Source of the DNA: Oscillospiraceae bacterium
GTDB lineage: Bacteria; Bacillota; Clostridia; Oscillospirales; CAG-272
NCBI GenBank assembly: GCA_015065215.1
Contig: SVQT01000001.1
Location: 34,237 to 98,236, forward strand
Direction of reading: 5' to 3'
DNA length: 64,000 nt
The notes under the pieces: generated by a model
What the model was told of the DNA's origin: nothing
The model's database searches: none
What the model saw: only the letters and a program-made list of their open reading frames with translations
Part shown: positions 1-9,386 of the stretch, piece by piece
Numbering within the stretch: the first letter of the stretch is position 1
How the letters are laid out: each line of letters begins with the position of its first letter
Made by a program: the position numbers and the translations under genes

Positions 1-149
1 GAGAAGGGCAAAATCAGTAATTGCGCAAGCGGGTGAATGCCTGAGCTTGCGGAAAATAAAAAGTAAATATAGATCAAAAGCAGTGTGGCGCCGGTAAAAT
101 ATATGCAGGTGTGAATTGCAATTTTTTTCAAATAATCCTTTGTGTTCAT
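1..149 (-). CDS. Partial CDS: N-terminus of a hydrophobic (membrane) protein, continues beyond window start
   Basis: ATG at 149-147 on the minus strand. AAGGAG RBS (complement of 157-162) lies 6 nt upstream. The frame is open to position 1. Translation is MNTKDYLKKIAIHTCIYFTGATLLLIYIYFLFSASSG... It is absent from the ORF track because fewer than 60 aa lie inside the window. Confidence 0.45.
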   Translation of the reverse strand, partial: MNTKDYLKKIAIHTCIYFTGATLLLIYIYFLFSASSGIHPLAQLLILPF

Positions 150-221
150 GCAAAGCTCCTTTTGGCGTGATGAATGCTTTATTTATTGTAACATAAATAG
201 CCGTAAAAGGCAAGGGATAGA

Positions 222-250
222 TTGACGAAAAACAAAAAAAGTGGTATAAT
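222..250 (+). promoter_or_regulatory. SigA-type promoter upstream of polA
   Basis: TTGACG (222-227), 17-nt spacer, extended -10 TGgTATAAT (242-250). About 40 nt upstream of the polA ATG. Confidence 0.55.
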
Positions 251-291
251 ATTGATAATTGTATGTAAACTTCCACAATCGGAGGGCAGAA

Positions 292-2802
292 ATGAAAAAG
301 ATTTTGGCAGTAGACGGTAACAGTATCGTCAATCGGGCGTTTTACGGCGTCAGACCCCTTTCTAACAAAGAAGGCTTGCCAACCAACGCGCTTTTCGGCA
401 TGGTCAGTATTTTAGAGAAAAATTTGGAAACGGTAAAGCCCGATTTTGCCGCTATCGCTTTTGATCTCAAGGCCCCCACCTTCCGCCATGAAATGTACGC
501 GGCATACAAAGCGGGCCGCCGCCCCACGCCTGAGGATCTTTTAACCCAGCTGCCGCTTGCCAAGGAGCTCGCCACAGCTCTTGGCTTTACCTGCCTTGAA
601 AAAGAAGGGTACGAAGCGGACGATATTCTCGGTACATTGGCAAAAATGGCGGAAAATGAGGCGTATGAGGCCTATATTCTAACCGGTGACCGTGACGCGC
701 TACAGCTGATTTCGGATAAGGTGCATGTATTGCTTGCTACCAATACCGAAACGATTGATATGAGCAAAGAAAGCTTCTTTGAAAAATATGGCGTGCAGTC
801 TACGCAGTTTGTTGATGTCAAGGCGCTGATGGGGGATAGCTCGGATAACATTCCCGGTGTGCCGGGTATCGGCGAAAAAACCGCGCTCAAGCTGATTGCG
901 GAATATGGCGATCTGGACGGTATTTACAGGGAATTGCCCACCGCCAAGCATACGCCGTCTGTGCGTGCCAAGCTGGAGGGCGGCAAGGAGAGCGCCTATC
1001 TTTCTCAAAAATTAGCAACCATCTACCGCGATGTTCCGCTTGACGGCGGTTTAACCGATTACGCTTACAGGGGATTGGATAGCGCCCGCGCACTGGCACT
1101 TTTTCAGAGATTTGAATTTAACGCTTTCATCAAGCGCTTTGGTCTTGCCGAGGCAAAGCCTGACAAAAACGCCGAGACTGTGCCAGTTGTAGAGATTGAC
1201 GCCGCGGAATTAGAGGCGCTTTCCGGCGTGGTGGCAGTAGATATTGTGGGGGATGAGGTTTATCTTTCAAACGGGGAATGGATCAAAAAAACATCTCATA
1301 TAGATGCTTTGCGGGCATTTTTTACCAAAAACACGGCGCAGGTTATTTGCCACGATGCCAAGCGCATCTATAAGAAGCTGGAAACGCTTCATATTCATTG
1401 GCGGAATTGCGCCTTTGATACCATGCTGGGCGCCTATGTTTTAAATGCCGCCGAGGGAAATTTTGACCTGCCGCGGCTGGCACTACACTATCTCGGTGCG
1501 CAAGCTCCCACAGCGCCGGCACACCTCACTGTGCTTCCTGCCCTCTACACAGAAATTTCTAAGCGCATCGTGGAGCTTGAAATGGAAAAGCTGCTCTACG
1601 AAATTGAAATGCCGCTTGCCGCTGTACTCACTGATATGGAGCTGACCGGCTTTTGTGTGAGTAAAGAAGGGCTTGTCGCTTACGGCGAGGAGCTGACAAA
1701 CGTTAGCGCCGCTCTGGCCGAGCGGATTTATTATCTGGCGGGCGGGGAATTTAATATCCAATCGCCAAAGCAGCTGGGCGAGATTTTGTTTGAGCGCTTG
1801 GGGCTCCCCCACGGAAAAAAGACCAAAACAGGCTATTCCACCAATGCGGAGGTGTTGGAAAAGCTCCGCCCCTATCATCCGATTATTGAGGATATTTTGG
1901 AGTACCGCCAGGTCACCAAACTCAACAGCACTTATGCTGAAGGATTGCTCAAGCAAATTGAAGCGGATGGACGCATTCATACTGTTTTCAAGCAAACAGG
2001 TACCGCGACCGGCCGTCTTTCTTCCGCGGAGCCCAATTTGCAAAACATCCCGATTCGCACCGAGCTCGGCAAGGAATTAAGGCGTTATTTTGTTGCAAAA
2101 AAGAACGATTATTTGCTTATTGACGCAGATTACTCACAAATCGAGCTACGCCTGTTAGCGGCGCTTGCTGATGACAACGCAATGTTAGCGGCATTCGCCG
2201 GTGGCGAGGATATTCATACCGCCACCGCCGCCAACGTCTTTGGTGTGCGGGTAGAAAGCGTAACGCCGGAGCTACGCAAGCGCGCAAAGGCGGTCAATTT
2301 CGGTATTTTGTACGGTATGGGCGCCTACAGCCTGTCTGAGGATCTGCACATCTCGCAGGCCAAGGCCAAGGACTATATCGCAAGCTATTTTGCCGCCTAT
2401 CCCCAGATCGACAGCTATTTAAAATCTGTCATTGAAAGCGCTTATAAAGAGGGCTTTGTCACCACCTTGCTCGGCCGCCGACGCTATATTCCTGAACTGA
2501 AAATGCAAAACAAAAACATGCAGCATTTCGGCGAGCGTGTGGCAATGAACAGCCCGATCCAGGGTACAGCCGCCGATATTATCAAAATCGCCATGGTGCG
2601 TGTGGATCAAAAATTAAAGGCATCCGAATTGGACGCGCGGCTGATTTTGCAGGTACACGATGAACTGATTGTAGAAGCAAGCCGCCAGGATGCCGCCGCC
2701 GCGAGAGAAATTTTGGTTTGTGAAATGGAAAACGCGGTAAAATTAAAGGTGGCGCTGAAGGTTGGCGTTGCAAAAGGAGAGAATTGGTATGACTGCCATT
2801 AA
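292..2802 (+). CDS. polA: DNA polymerase I
   Basis: 5'-3' exonuclease domain and H3TH (GDSSDNIPGVPGIGEKTA). Family A polymerase motifs A (DADYSQIELRLLA), B (RKRAKAVNFGILYG) and C (QVHDELIVE). Start placed at ATG 292 behind GGAGGG (281-286) rather than the TTG at 259. Confidence 0.95.
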   Translation: MKKILAVDGNSIVNRAFYGVRPLSNKEGLPTNALFGMVSILEKNLETVKPDFAAIAFDLKAPTFRHEMYAAYKAGRRPTPEDLLTQLPLAKELATALGFTCLEKEGYEADDILGTLAKMAENEAYEAYILTGDRDALQLISDKVHVLLATNTETIDMSKESFFEKYGVQSTQFVDVKALMGDSSDNIPGVPGIGEKTALKLIAEYGDLDGIYRELPTAKHTPSVRAKLEGGKESAYLSQKLATIYRDVPLDGGLTDYAYRGLDSARALALFQRFEFNAFIKRFGLAEAKPDKNAETVPVVEIDAAELEALSGVVAVDIVGDEVYLSNGEWIKKTSHIDALRAFFTKNTAQVICHDAKRIYKKLETLHIHWRNCAFDTMLGAYVLNAAEGNFDLPRLALHYLGAQAPTAPAHLTVLPALYTEISKRIVELEMEKLLYEIEMPLAAVLTDMELTGFCVSKEGLVAYGEELTNVSAALAERIYYLAGGEFNIQSPKQLGEILFERLGLPHGKKTKTGYSTNAEVLEKLRPYHPIIEDILEYRQVTKLNSTYAEGLLKQIEADGRIHTVFKQTGTATGRLSSAEPNLQNIPIRTELGKELRRYFVAKKNDYLLIDADYSQIELRLLAALADDNAMLAAFAGGEDIHTATAANVFGVRVESVTPELRKRAKAVNFGILYGMGAYSLSEDLHISQAKAKDYIASYFAAYPQIDSYLKSVIESAYKEGFVTTLLGRRRYIPELKMQNKNMQHFGERVAMNSPIQGTAADIIKIAMVRVDQKLKASELDARLILQVHDELIVEASRQDAAAAREILVCEMENAVKLKVALKVGVAKGENWYDCH

Positions 2803-4231
2803 CAAACGCTCTGCGGGGGTACTGATGCATGTATCCTCGCTTCACGGTAACTATTCTGTTGGCTCTTTTGGAAAAGAAGCGATAGAATTCATTGATTTTC
2901 TATCTGATGCCGGTTTTACCTATTGGCAAGTACTGCCGTTTTGCATTCCGGATGAGTGCGATTCACCCTACAAATCCGTCTCCGCGTTTTCCGGCAATCC
3001 TTATTTCATTGATCTGCCCACCCTTTACCGGGAGGGGTTATTGACAGAAAACGAGCTGGCAAGCGCGAAGCAAAGCACCCCTTATTTGATCGAGAGCAAG
3101 CGCTTGTCGCTGGAGCGCGAGCTTTTGCTTCGCAAAGCCGCCGCAAGAGTGAGCGATCGGGGCGAAATTCTTGATTTTATAAGCGCGAACCCTTATATTG
3201 ACGAGGCTTGCCGCTTTCTCGCGTTGAATAAAGCCAACCGCTTTTTGCCTTGGCAAAATTGGAAGGCCGATACATATGATGATGAGGATTATTTTTACCA
3301 CGCCTTTACCCAATATCATTTCATTAAGCAATGGAAGGGGATCAAGGCATACGCCAATCAAAAGGGGGTCCGTGTGATCGGGGATCTGCCTATTTATGTG
3401 GGGTTGCACAGTGCCGATGTCTATTTCCATCCTGACCAGTTTCAGCTGGATGCAAAGGGCATGCCCACCGCGGTGGCCGGCTGCCCCCCCGATTATTTTT
3501 CACAGGAGGGACAGTTTTGGGGCAATCCGCTTTACCGCTGGGATGTGATGAAGCGGGATAACTTTGTTTGGTGGCGCGCCCGCATGGCGCACACGCTTGA
3601 GATGTTTGATGGGGTGCGCATTGACCATTTCCGCGGCATTGAGTCCTATTGGAGCATTCCCGCCACAGCGGCGAGCGCTAAGGAGGGCCGATGGGTAAAG
3701 GGCCCCGGCATGGCGTTCGTTCGCGCCATGAAGGAGATGGCAGGGGAGCAGCTGATCATCGCCGAGGATCTCGGAGATATTCCGCCCGCTGTGCAAAAGC
3801 TGCTACAGCAAAGCGGCTTTCCCGGCATGCGCGTGTTCCAATTCGCCTTTCTCGGTGACCCGAAAACGCCGCATCTGCCCCACAATTATCCCAAAAATTG
3901 CATTGCCTATACCGGCACGCACGATAACAACACCTTGCTCGGCTATGTGTGGGAACAGGATGACGCTACACGCCGTCTGATGCTGGATTACTGCGGCTAT
4001 ACCGATGCGGACTGGGATAAGAGCTATGATGCCATTCTGCGCACCATGTTGCGTAGCCATGCTGGATTGGTGCTGTTTCCCGTACAGGATCTGCTGGGCT
4101 TTGGCGCCGATACCCGCATGAACACCCCCGGCCGTGCCGAGGGGAACTGGGGCTATCGCATAACCAAAGAGCAATTAGCGGCGTTGGATAGCGGCAAATT
4201 CAGCCATCTCAATCGGTTATACGGCAGATAA
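2789..4231 (+). CDS. malQ: 4-alpha-glucanotransferase (amylomaltase, GH77)
   Basis: N-terminus RSAGVLMHVSSLHGNYSVGSFG...WQVLPF and internal DHFRG, FWGNPLYRW and GTHDN segments are typical of MalQ. ATG 2789 overlaps the polA end by 14 nt. Confidence 0.9.
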   Translation: MTAINKRSAGVLMHVSSLHGNYSVGSFGKEAIEFIDFLSDAGFTYWQVLPFCIPDECDSPYKSVSAFSGNPYFIDLPTLYREGLLTENELASAKQSTPYLIESKRLSLERELLLRKAAARVSDRGEILDFISANPYIDEACRFLALNKANRFLPWQNWKADTYDDEDYFYHAFTQYHFIKQWKGIKAYANQKGVRVIGDLPIYVGLHSADVYFHPDQFQLDAKGMPTAVAGCPPDYFSQEGQFWGNPLYRWDVMKRDNFVWWRARMAHTLEMFDGVRIDHFRGIESYWSIPATAASAKEGRWVKGPGMAFVRAMKEMAGEQLIIAEDLGDIPPAVQKLLQQSGFPGMRVFQFAFLGDPKTPHLPHNYPKNCIAYTGTHDNNTLLGYVWEQDDATRRLMLDYCGYTDADWDKSYDAILRTMLRSHAGLVLFPVQDLLGFGADTRMNTPGRAEGNWGYRITKEQLAALDSGKFSHLNRLYGR

Positions 4232-4324
4232 ACAGTAATATATTACAACAAAAAAGTGGAAATTTGTAAAGACACCTTTCCGCTTTTTTGATATAATCAA
4301 AGCATCAAGTGAAAGGAGTTGCTT

Positions 4325-5179
4325 ATGGAACTTTCAATCTGTGCAAATTATTTGCAAAAAGCCGAATTGAGTGATAAGAGCGCTTACAATATTTTCAAGC
4401 TGTGTAAGGATGCCGGTTTTACTGTCATTGACTACACCCCCGGCGGCGAAACATGGGAACAGCAGGTGGTTTCACTGTTAAAAGCCTCTGAAGCATTTGA
4501 AATGCCCTTAGAGCAATCTCACGCGCCCTTTAATCGCTATAGAAAGCTTCCCTTAGAGGATTACAAGCTGCTGTTAGACCGTGCCTTCGAGGCGGCCATC
4601 CGTATGGGCAACAAGCAAATCGTCATTCATGGCGACGATTATCGCGTGCCGAAGGACGGTGAGTATGATGCCGAGACGGCCATGAAGGAAATGTACGAGC
4701 TCTGGGCCCCTTATGTGGAAAAGGCTTCCAATAACGGTGTTTGTGTGGCCATTGAGACTGTGTTTGAGGACAACCGCGCCAAGGATGCGCCCCCGAACCG
4801 CTTTACCTCCCGTCTGGAGGAGCTGAAGGGGCTCATCGACCGCTTTGATAACCCCATGGTGACCTGCTGCTGGGATAGCGGCCACGCCCGCCTTGCCTTT
4901 ACACGTGCAGGCATGCCGGATGCCATGCGTGCCCTTGGATCCCGTATTACATCTACACATATCCACGATAATTATTACAACAAGGATCTGCACGTGATCC
5001 CGTTCCAGGGCGACATTGATTGGAGAGAGCAAATGGCGACCCTCAAAGAGATCGGCTATAAGGGCAATCTGACCTATGAGCTGGTCTATGGCAAATGGCC
5101 CGAGAGCATGGTGCCTGAGTTCCTCAAGGTTGCCGCCGATACCGGCAAGGTGCTGATCGATTGGTTTAATAAGACATAA
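4325..5179 (+). CDS. Sugar phosphate isomerase/epimerase (xylose isomerase-like TIM barrel)
   Basis: Pattern of metal and active-site segments (VIHGDD, AIETVFE, CWDSGHA, HIHDN, TYELV) typical of the AP_endonuc_2/TIM-barrel family. ATG 4325 follows AAAGGAG. Confidence 0.8.
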   Translation: MELSICANYLQKAELSDKSAYNIFKLCKDAGFTVIDYTPGGETWEQQVVSLLKASEAFEMPLEQSHAPFNRYRKLPLEDYKLLLDRAFEAAIRMGNKQIVIHGDDYRVPKDGEYDAETAMKEMYELWAPYVEKASNNGVCVAIETVFEDNRAKDAPPNRFTSRLEELKGLIDRFDNPMVTCCWDSGHARLAFTRAGMPDAMRALGSRITSTHIHDNYYNKDLHVIPFQGDIDWREQMATLKEIGYKGNLTYELVYGKWPESMVPEFLKVAADTGKVLIDWFNKT

Positions 5180-5189
5180 AACGCTGAAA

Positions 5190-5221
5190 AAGCCCCGAGT
5201 TAGAGCTCGGGGCTTCTTTTG
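5190..5221. terminator. Bidirectional hairpin terminator between convergent genes
   Basis: AAGCCCCGAG (5190-5199) pairs with CTCGGGGCTT (5206-5215). An A-run lies upstream and CTTTT downstream. The hairpin overlaps the stop codon of the minus-strand AraC gene. Confidence 0.65.
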
Positions 5222-6075
5222 ATATGCAAACTCTTGTATGTGTGGGGCGTCATGCCGGTATATTGCTTGAATATTTTGATAAAATGAGAGCTATCGGAAA
5301 AACCGCATTCATAGCAGGTAAACGCCACCGAATGCCCCTTGGCAAGTAATTGCTTGGCGAGAGCGATCTTTTTGATACGTAAATAGCTGCCGGCGGTCAC
5401 TCCCACGTACTTTTTGAAGAGTGCGGAGAGGTAAGGGGGAGAGATATTAAATTTTTCGGCAATGTCGCCAATAGCGTTGATCTCCCCTGGAGAGAGGCTG
5501 ATATATTGCAAAATTTTTCGCAAAAGTGGCGGTACGCCAGAGGGCTCTTGCAGTGGTGCAGCTAGGGAACGTTTGGTTTGATCGGTGATCAGTCCGATCA
5601 GCTGAAGCACAAGCCCCAGCGCCGACAGGCGCTGCCCCTCGTCGGCTTCCTTATCGCATAGTGCACTAAGCGCATAAAGAATAGCAAGCGCCTTTTCCTT
5701 GTCGGCATCCACAAGGGGCGGCTTTGCGTCGGCATCCGACAAAAAGATCTGTAGCGGATCGGGGATAAAAAAGGAAAAGAAGGAAAGAGGGATCAACAGA
5801 TAAAAACGCTCGTAAACACAAGTTTTTTTCAAAACGGGAACGTGTACCGCATGGGGAGAGATCGTCAGAAGATCCCCTCTGGAAAGCGAAAAATAGCGGT
5901 CCTCAATGATATAATCCGCCTCGCCGTCAACGAAAGCATAAATCTCGATACAATCGTTTAAATGAAGGTTGAAGCCGGCAGGGTTGTCAAAGCTGCGGCG
6001 GTGCACAAAGCGGATCGGTTCCCGGTCGCTATGCAAAAAGAGCTTGGTCTGCTTTTTAAAAAAATGGTCTGACAT
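5200..6075 (-). CDS. AraC family transcriptional regulator
   Basis: C-terminal double HTH of the AraC type (IAEKFNISPPYLSALFKKYVGVTAGSYLRIKKIALAKQLL...GFSDSSHFIKIFKQYTGMTP). N-terminal cupin-like sensor. Divergent from the gene at 6179. Confidence 0.85.
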   Translation of the reverse strand: MSDHFFKKQTKLFLHSDREPIRFVHRRSFDNPAGFNLHLNDCIEIYAFVDGEADYIIEDRYFSLSRGDLLTISPHAVHVPVLKKTCVYERFYLLIPLSFFSFFIPDPLQIFLSDADAKPPLVDADKEKALAILYALSALCDKEADEGQRLSALGLVLQLIGLITDQTKRSLAAPLQEPSGVPPLLRKILQYISLSPGEINAIGDIAEKFNISPPYLSALFKKYVGVTAGSYLRIKKIALAKQLLAKGHSVAFTCYECGFSDSSHFIKIFKQYTGMTPHTYKSLHIKRSPEL

Positions 6076-6178
6076 ATTAAAAACATCCTATTTTTAATCA
6101 AAATAATCCTATAAATATGGAAATATTAATGTTATTATAAATATGTAAACCAAAAAAGTCAAGACAAGGAGAGAAAAA

Positions 6179-8059
6179 ATGTATATTTCCGTATTTACCG
6201 ATGAGCTGAAAAAGGAAGTCACGGAGGTTTTGCCCAAGTACGCCGAATGGGGCCTCAAATACGTGGATTTTCGCGGCTTGATCAACGGCGCGCCCATTGA
6301 AAAGCAGACCACCGAGCAGCTGAAGGCGCTAAAGCGGCAGTTGGATGATCTAGGTCTGAAAACCGGCGTGATTCAATCCTCGCTTTGTAAAAAACATCTG
6401 CCAAACGAGGAGCGCGTGCGGCTGGAAAGAGAAAAGCTGGAGGGGATCATTCGCGCGGCGGATATTCTGGATTGCCGCCTGGTGCGCGCCTTTAACTTCT
6501 GGCAGCACGAACAGAACGACCCCCATTGCGGCGATCTTGCCATGCGACCCGACGAGCTCTCCCGCGTGTTGGAGATGTTTGATCCCTTCGCAAAGCACGC
6601 AAGAGAGGCGGGACTGATCCTCGGCTTTGAAAACTGCGGTCAGACACCGGATGAGGTCATCACCCTTCTGGAGGCGCTAAATGTGCCGGAATGGGGCATG
6701 GCTTGGGATGTTTCCAATATGTTTGAGCTGTTGCCCGAGGCCAAGGGGGACTGCATCGACTATTTCACCAAGGCACTGAAATATGCCAATATGCTGCACG
6801 TAAAGTGCCGTGGCGTGCTACCCGAGGTGGAAGGCAAAAAGGTACCGTGGGACCGTGTGCTGCGCGGCGCGCTTGTGACCGGTAAGAATATGCCCGTATC
6901 GATTGAAACGCATCTTCCTTCATCGGTGACTGCTCTGACCCCTGAGGAGGCTACCCGACGCTGCTATACGTATATTCAAAAGACTTGGCCCGAAAGCGCT
7001 CCTGCAGATATGAAAACGGCTCTTTCGGTGAAGCACTATTTTGATCGCCCCTACAAGGATGACGCCGTCCGCATGGTCGTCGTGGGCCTTGGTATGGGAA
7101 AGAACCGTTGCGCCCAGATCAGCGAAACCTGCGGCATCAAGCTGGTGGGCGTTTGCGATATCAACGAAGAAAAAGCCAAGGCGGTAGGCGAGCAGTACGG
7201 TGTGTCCTACAGCACCGATATCGACGTGTTTTTGAAGGATCCTGCCGTTGAGGTGATGTATGTTGTCACCCCCACGGGCACCCATTGCGATATTGCCGAG
7301 CAATGCCTGAACGCAGGCAAGCACGTGCTCACCACCAAGCCGATGGACGTTACACATGAAAAATGCGCCCGTGTGGCGGCGCTCGCCAGTGAAAATGGAT
7401 TGCTTTTTGCGCCGGACTTTGATCTGCATTTCAGGGGCCCCTTGAAGGAGCTACAGCAGGCGGTAGCGGACTGTTATTTCGGCAAATTGAAATCTGCCAA
7501 TATGATCTTGAACATCCGCCGTAACAAGGCGTATTTTGAGGAAAACGGCGGCTGGCGCGGCACGTGGGCACTGGATGGCGGCGGTGCGATGAGCAACCAG
7601 GGTATTCACGAGATCGATCGTTTTCTGACGGTGTTCGGCATGCCCGATCGGGTCAGATGCACCATAACCAAGCAGACCCATGATATTGAAGCGGAAGACT
7701 ACGGCATCGGTGAGCTTGCCTACGAAAACGGCATGATCGCCCGTTTTTCCGCCACCACCTCCTATCCCGCTTCCGCCTGGTACACCCGTTTGGAGGTCTA
7801 TGGCGATCAAGGCGCATATCTGCTGACCTCCGGCGGCCCCGAAGGGGATCACGTATATTGGTGGAAGGATGGAAAGTGGACTGAGGAAAGCCCTTATCCC
7901 GTGAAAAGGGAGTGGAACCAGGCGGCAGACAACTTTGCCAACGCGCTCAGAACAGGGGAGCCCTTGATCGTAACCGCGGATAACGGCATTCGTTCCCGCT
8001 ACGTACTAGATAAGCTGTATGAGAGCGCCAAGACCACGGAAGGGTGGCTAGAGGTTTGA
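6179..8059 (+). CDS. Fusion protein: xylose isomerase-like TIM barrel (N) + Gfo/Idh/MocA oxidoreductase (C)
   Basis: The first ~280 aa resemble sugar phosphate isomerase/epimerase. From VRMVVVGLGMGKNR onward the sequence is a Rossmann fold plus GFO C-domain (MYVVTPTGTHCDIAEQCLNAGKHVLTTKPM). AAGGAGAG RBS at 6166-6173. Confidence 0.8.
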   Translation: MYISVFTDELKKEVTEVLPKYAEWGLKYVDFRGLINGAPIEKQTTEQLKALKRQLDDLGLKTGVIQSSLCKKHLPNEERVRLEREKLEGIIRAADILDCRLVRAFNFWQHEQNDPHCGDLAMRPDELSRVLEMFDPFAKHAREAGLILGFENCGQTPDEVITLLEALNVPEWGMAWDVSNMFELLPEAKGDCIDYFTKALKYANMLHVKCRGVLPEVEGKKVPWDRVLRGALVTGKNMPVSIETHLPSSVTALTPEEATRRCYTYIQKTWPESAPADMKTALSVKHYFDRPYKDDAVRMVVVGLGMGKNRCAQISETCGIKLVGVCDINEEKAKAVGEQYGVSYSTDIDVFLKDPAVEVMYVVTPTGTHCDIAEQCLNAGKHVLTTKPMDVTHEKCARVAALASENGLLFAPDFDLHFRGPLKELQQAVADCYFGKLKSANMILNIRRNKAYFEENGGWRGTWALDGGGAMSNQGIHEIDRFLTVFGMPDRVRCTITKQTHDIEAEDYGIGELAYENGMIARFSATTSYPASAWYTRLEVYGDQGAYLLTSGGPEGDHVYWWKDGKWTEESPYPVKREWNQAADNFANALRTGEPLIVTADNGIRSRYVLDKLYESAKTTEGWLEV

Positions 8060-8589
8060 ACGATACGCTCTATTGGATTGCTCAAGCCATCGGCGGCATT
8101 GCCGTTGTCACCTCGCTGATCATTTACCAGCGCAAGACGCGCAAGGGAATATTGGCATTCAAGGTTTTGCAGGATGTCTGCTGGCTGACACACTATTTGC
8201 TGATCGCCGCCTTTTCGGCGGCGGCGACCAGCGGACTTTGCATCTGTCGCGGTCTGATCTTCTATCACAGCGATAAAAAAATCGGAAAGAGCGCCATTTG
8301 GCTACCGATCTTCTTGTGCCTGTATGCCGTTTCGGCCATACTGACATGGAAAAACGCCTTCAGTATTTTTCCGGCGATCAGCTCATCGCTATCCACGGTT
8401 GCCTTCTGGATGAAGGATCCCCGCCACACAAAGGCGATTTCCATTGCCGCCTCGCTGTGCACGCTGACCTATAATATCACGCAGGCACATTCGCTGATCG
8501 TGTATGTCGGCGTCAGCTTTACCATTCTTTCGGCAACGGCATCACTGCTCACTCCATTTTTCAAAAGAACCGGAAACGATAATGAATAG
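8044..8589 (+). CDS. YgjV family inner membrane protein (paralog 1)
   Basis: N-terminus LYWIAQAIGGIAVVTSLIIYQRKTRK resembles E. coli YgjV (YWLAQGVGVIAFLIGITTFFNRDERR). Polytopic. Start uncertain: GTG 8044 or TTG 8056, overlapping the upstream stop. Confidence 0.65.
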   Translation: MARGLNDTLYWIAQAIGGIAVVTSLIIYQRKTRKGILAFKVLQDVCWLTHYLLIAAFSAAATSGLCICRGLIFYHSDKKIGKSAIWLPIFLCLYAVSAILTWKNAFSIFPAISSSLSTVAFWMKDPRHTKAISIAASLCTLTYNITQAHSLIVYVGVSFTILSATASLLTPFFKRTGNDNE

Positions 8590-8606
8590 AACTGATATTA
8601 ACAAAA

Positions 8607-8639
8607 AGGACTGTTTGAAGCATTAAACACTCCTTTTTG
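8607..8639 (+). terminator. Rho-independent terminator after the first ygjV-like gene
   Basis: AGGACTGTTT (8607-8616) pairs with AAACACTCCT (8625-8634) with one mismatch, followed by TTTTT. Confidence 0.6.
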
Positions 8640-8773
8640 CTACGACGGCTCGATTGGATTTGGCGGACATGCCCGAGAAAAATCAGAGGAGTGGTGTGCG
8701 GGCAACGGGGTTCATTCCACGTCAGAGGCTTTGAGATCGCGCCCCTGCGCATTTACAAAATCAGTAAAACCTC

Positions 8774-8802
8774 TTGCAAAAGTATCGGCTCTGTGCTATG
8801 AT
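8774..8802 (+). promoter_or_regulatory. SigA-type promoter for the second ygjV-like gene
   Basis: TTGCAA (8774-8779), 17-nt spacer, TGcTATGAT (8794-8802). Confidence 0.5.
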
Positions 8803-8843
8803 ATTCGGGTAATGAACACGATAAGCAGTAAGGAGGGGCGCAT

Positions 8844-9359
8844 GTGACTGTGCCGGAGATCATCGGGCAGGTATTCGGTATTCTTTCTACCGTGATGACC
8901 TGCATTTCCTATCAATGTAATACCAAGCAGCGGATCCTCGCGGTGCAAAGCCTGTCGGTTGTGTTCATCTGTATCAACTATGCATTGCTCGGTGCCACGG
9001 CAGGTCTGGTGCTGAATATTGTGTGCCTTGTACGTAACGTCATCTTTTATTTTCAAAAGGAGGGCTCCCGCTTTCAGCTAATCTCCGGCTGCTTGTTGGC
9101 AATCGCATTGGGTGTTTGCGGCGTTTTCTCCTGGCAGGGGCCGATCTCGCTTTTGATGATCGTAGCCCTGGCGGCGAACACGGTGGTGCTGTCCTTTGGC
9201 AAGCCCCAGCTCCTGCGTATCAGCATTTTCTTTACTTCCACGCTTGTCCTGATCTATAACGTGTATTTCCTGTCTATCGGCGGCATTCTCAACGAGTGTG
9301 TGGCCATCCTCTCCGCCGCCGTGGGGCTGATACGTTTTTACAAGAAAAAAGAGCGCTGA
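8844..9359 (+). CDS. YgjV family inner membrane protein (paralog 2)
   Basis: Same architecture as the 8044 ORF (IIGQVFGILSTVMTCISYQCNTKQR...). GTG 8844 lies 7 nt after AGGAGG (8831-8836). Confidence 0.65.
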   Translation: MTVPEIIGQVFGILSTVMTCISYQCNTKQRILAVQSLSVVFICINYALLGATAGLVLNIVCLVRNVIFYFQKEGSRFQLISGCLLAIALGVCGVFSWQGPISLLMIVALAANTVVLSFGKPQLLRISIFFTSTLVLIYNVYFLSIGGILNECVAILSAAVGLIRFYKKKER

Positions 9360-9375
9360 TTGCGCTCTTTTTTCT
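9345..9375. terminator. Bidirectional terminator between ygjV-like gene and radA
   Basis: AAAGAGCGC (9348-9356) pairs with GCGCTCTTT (9362-9370), flanked by an A-run and a T-run. The stop codon of the plus-strand gene sits in the loop. Confidence 0.7.
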
Positions 9376-9386
9376 ATAGATCGGTA

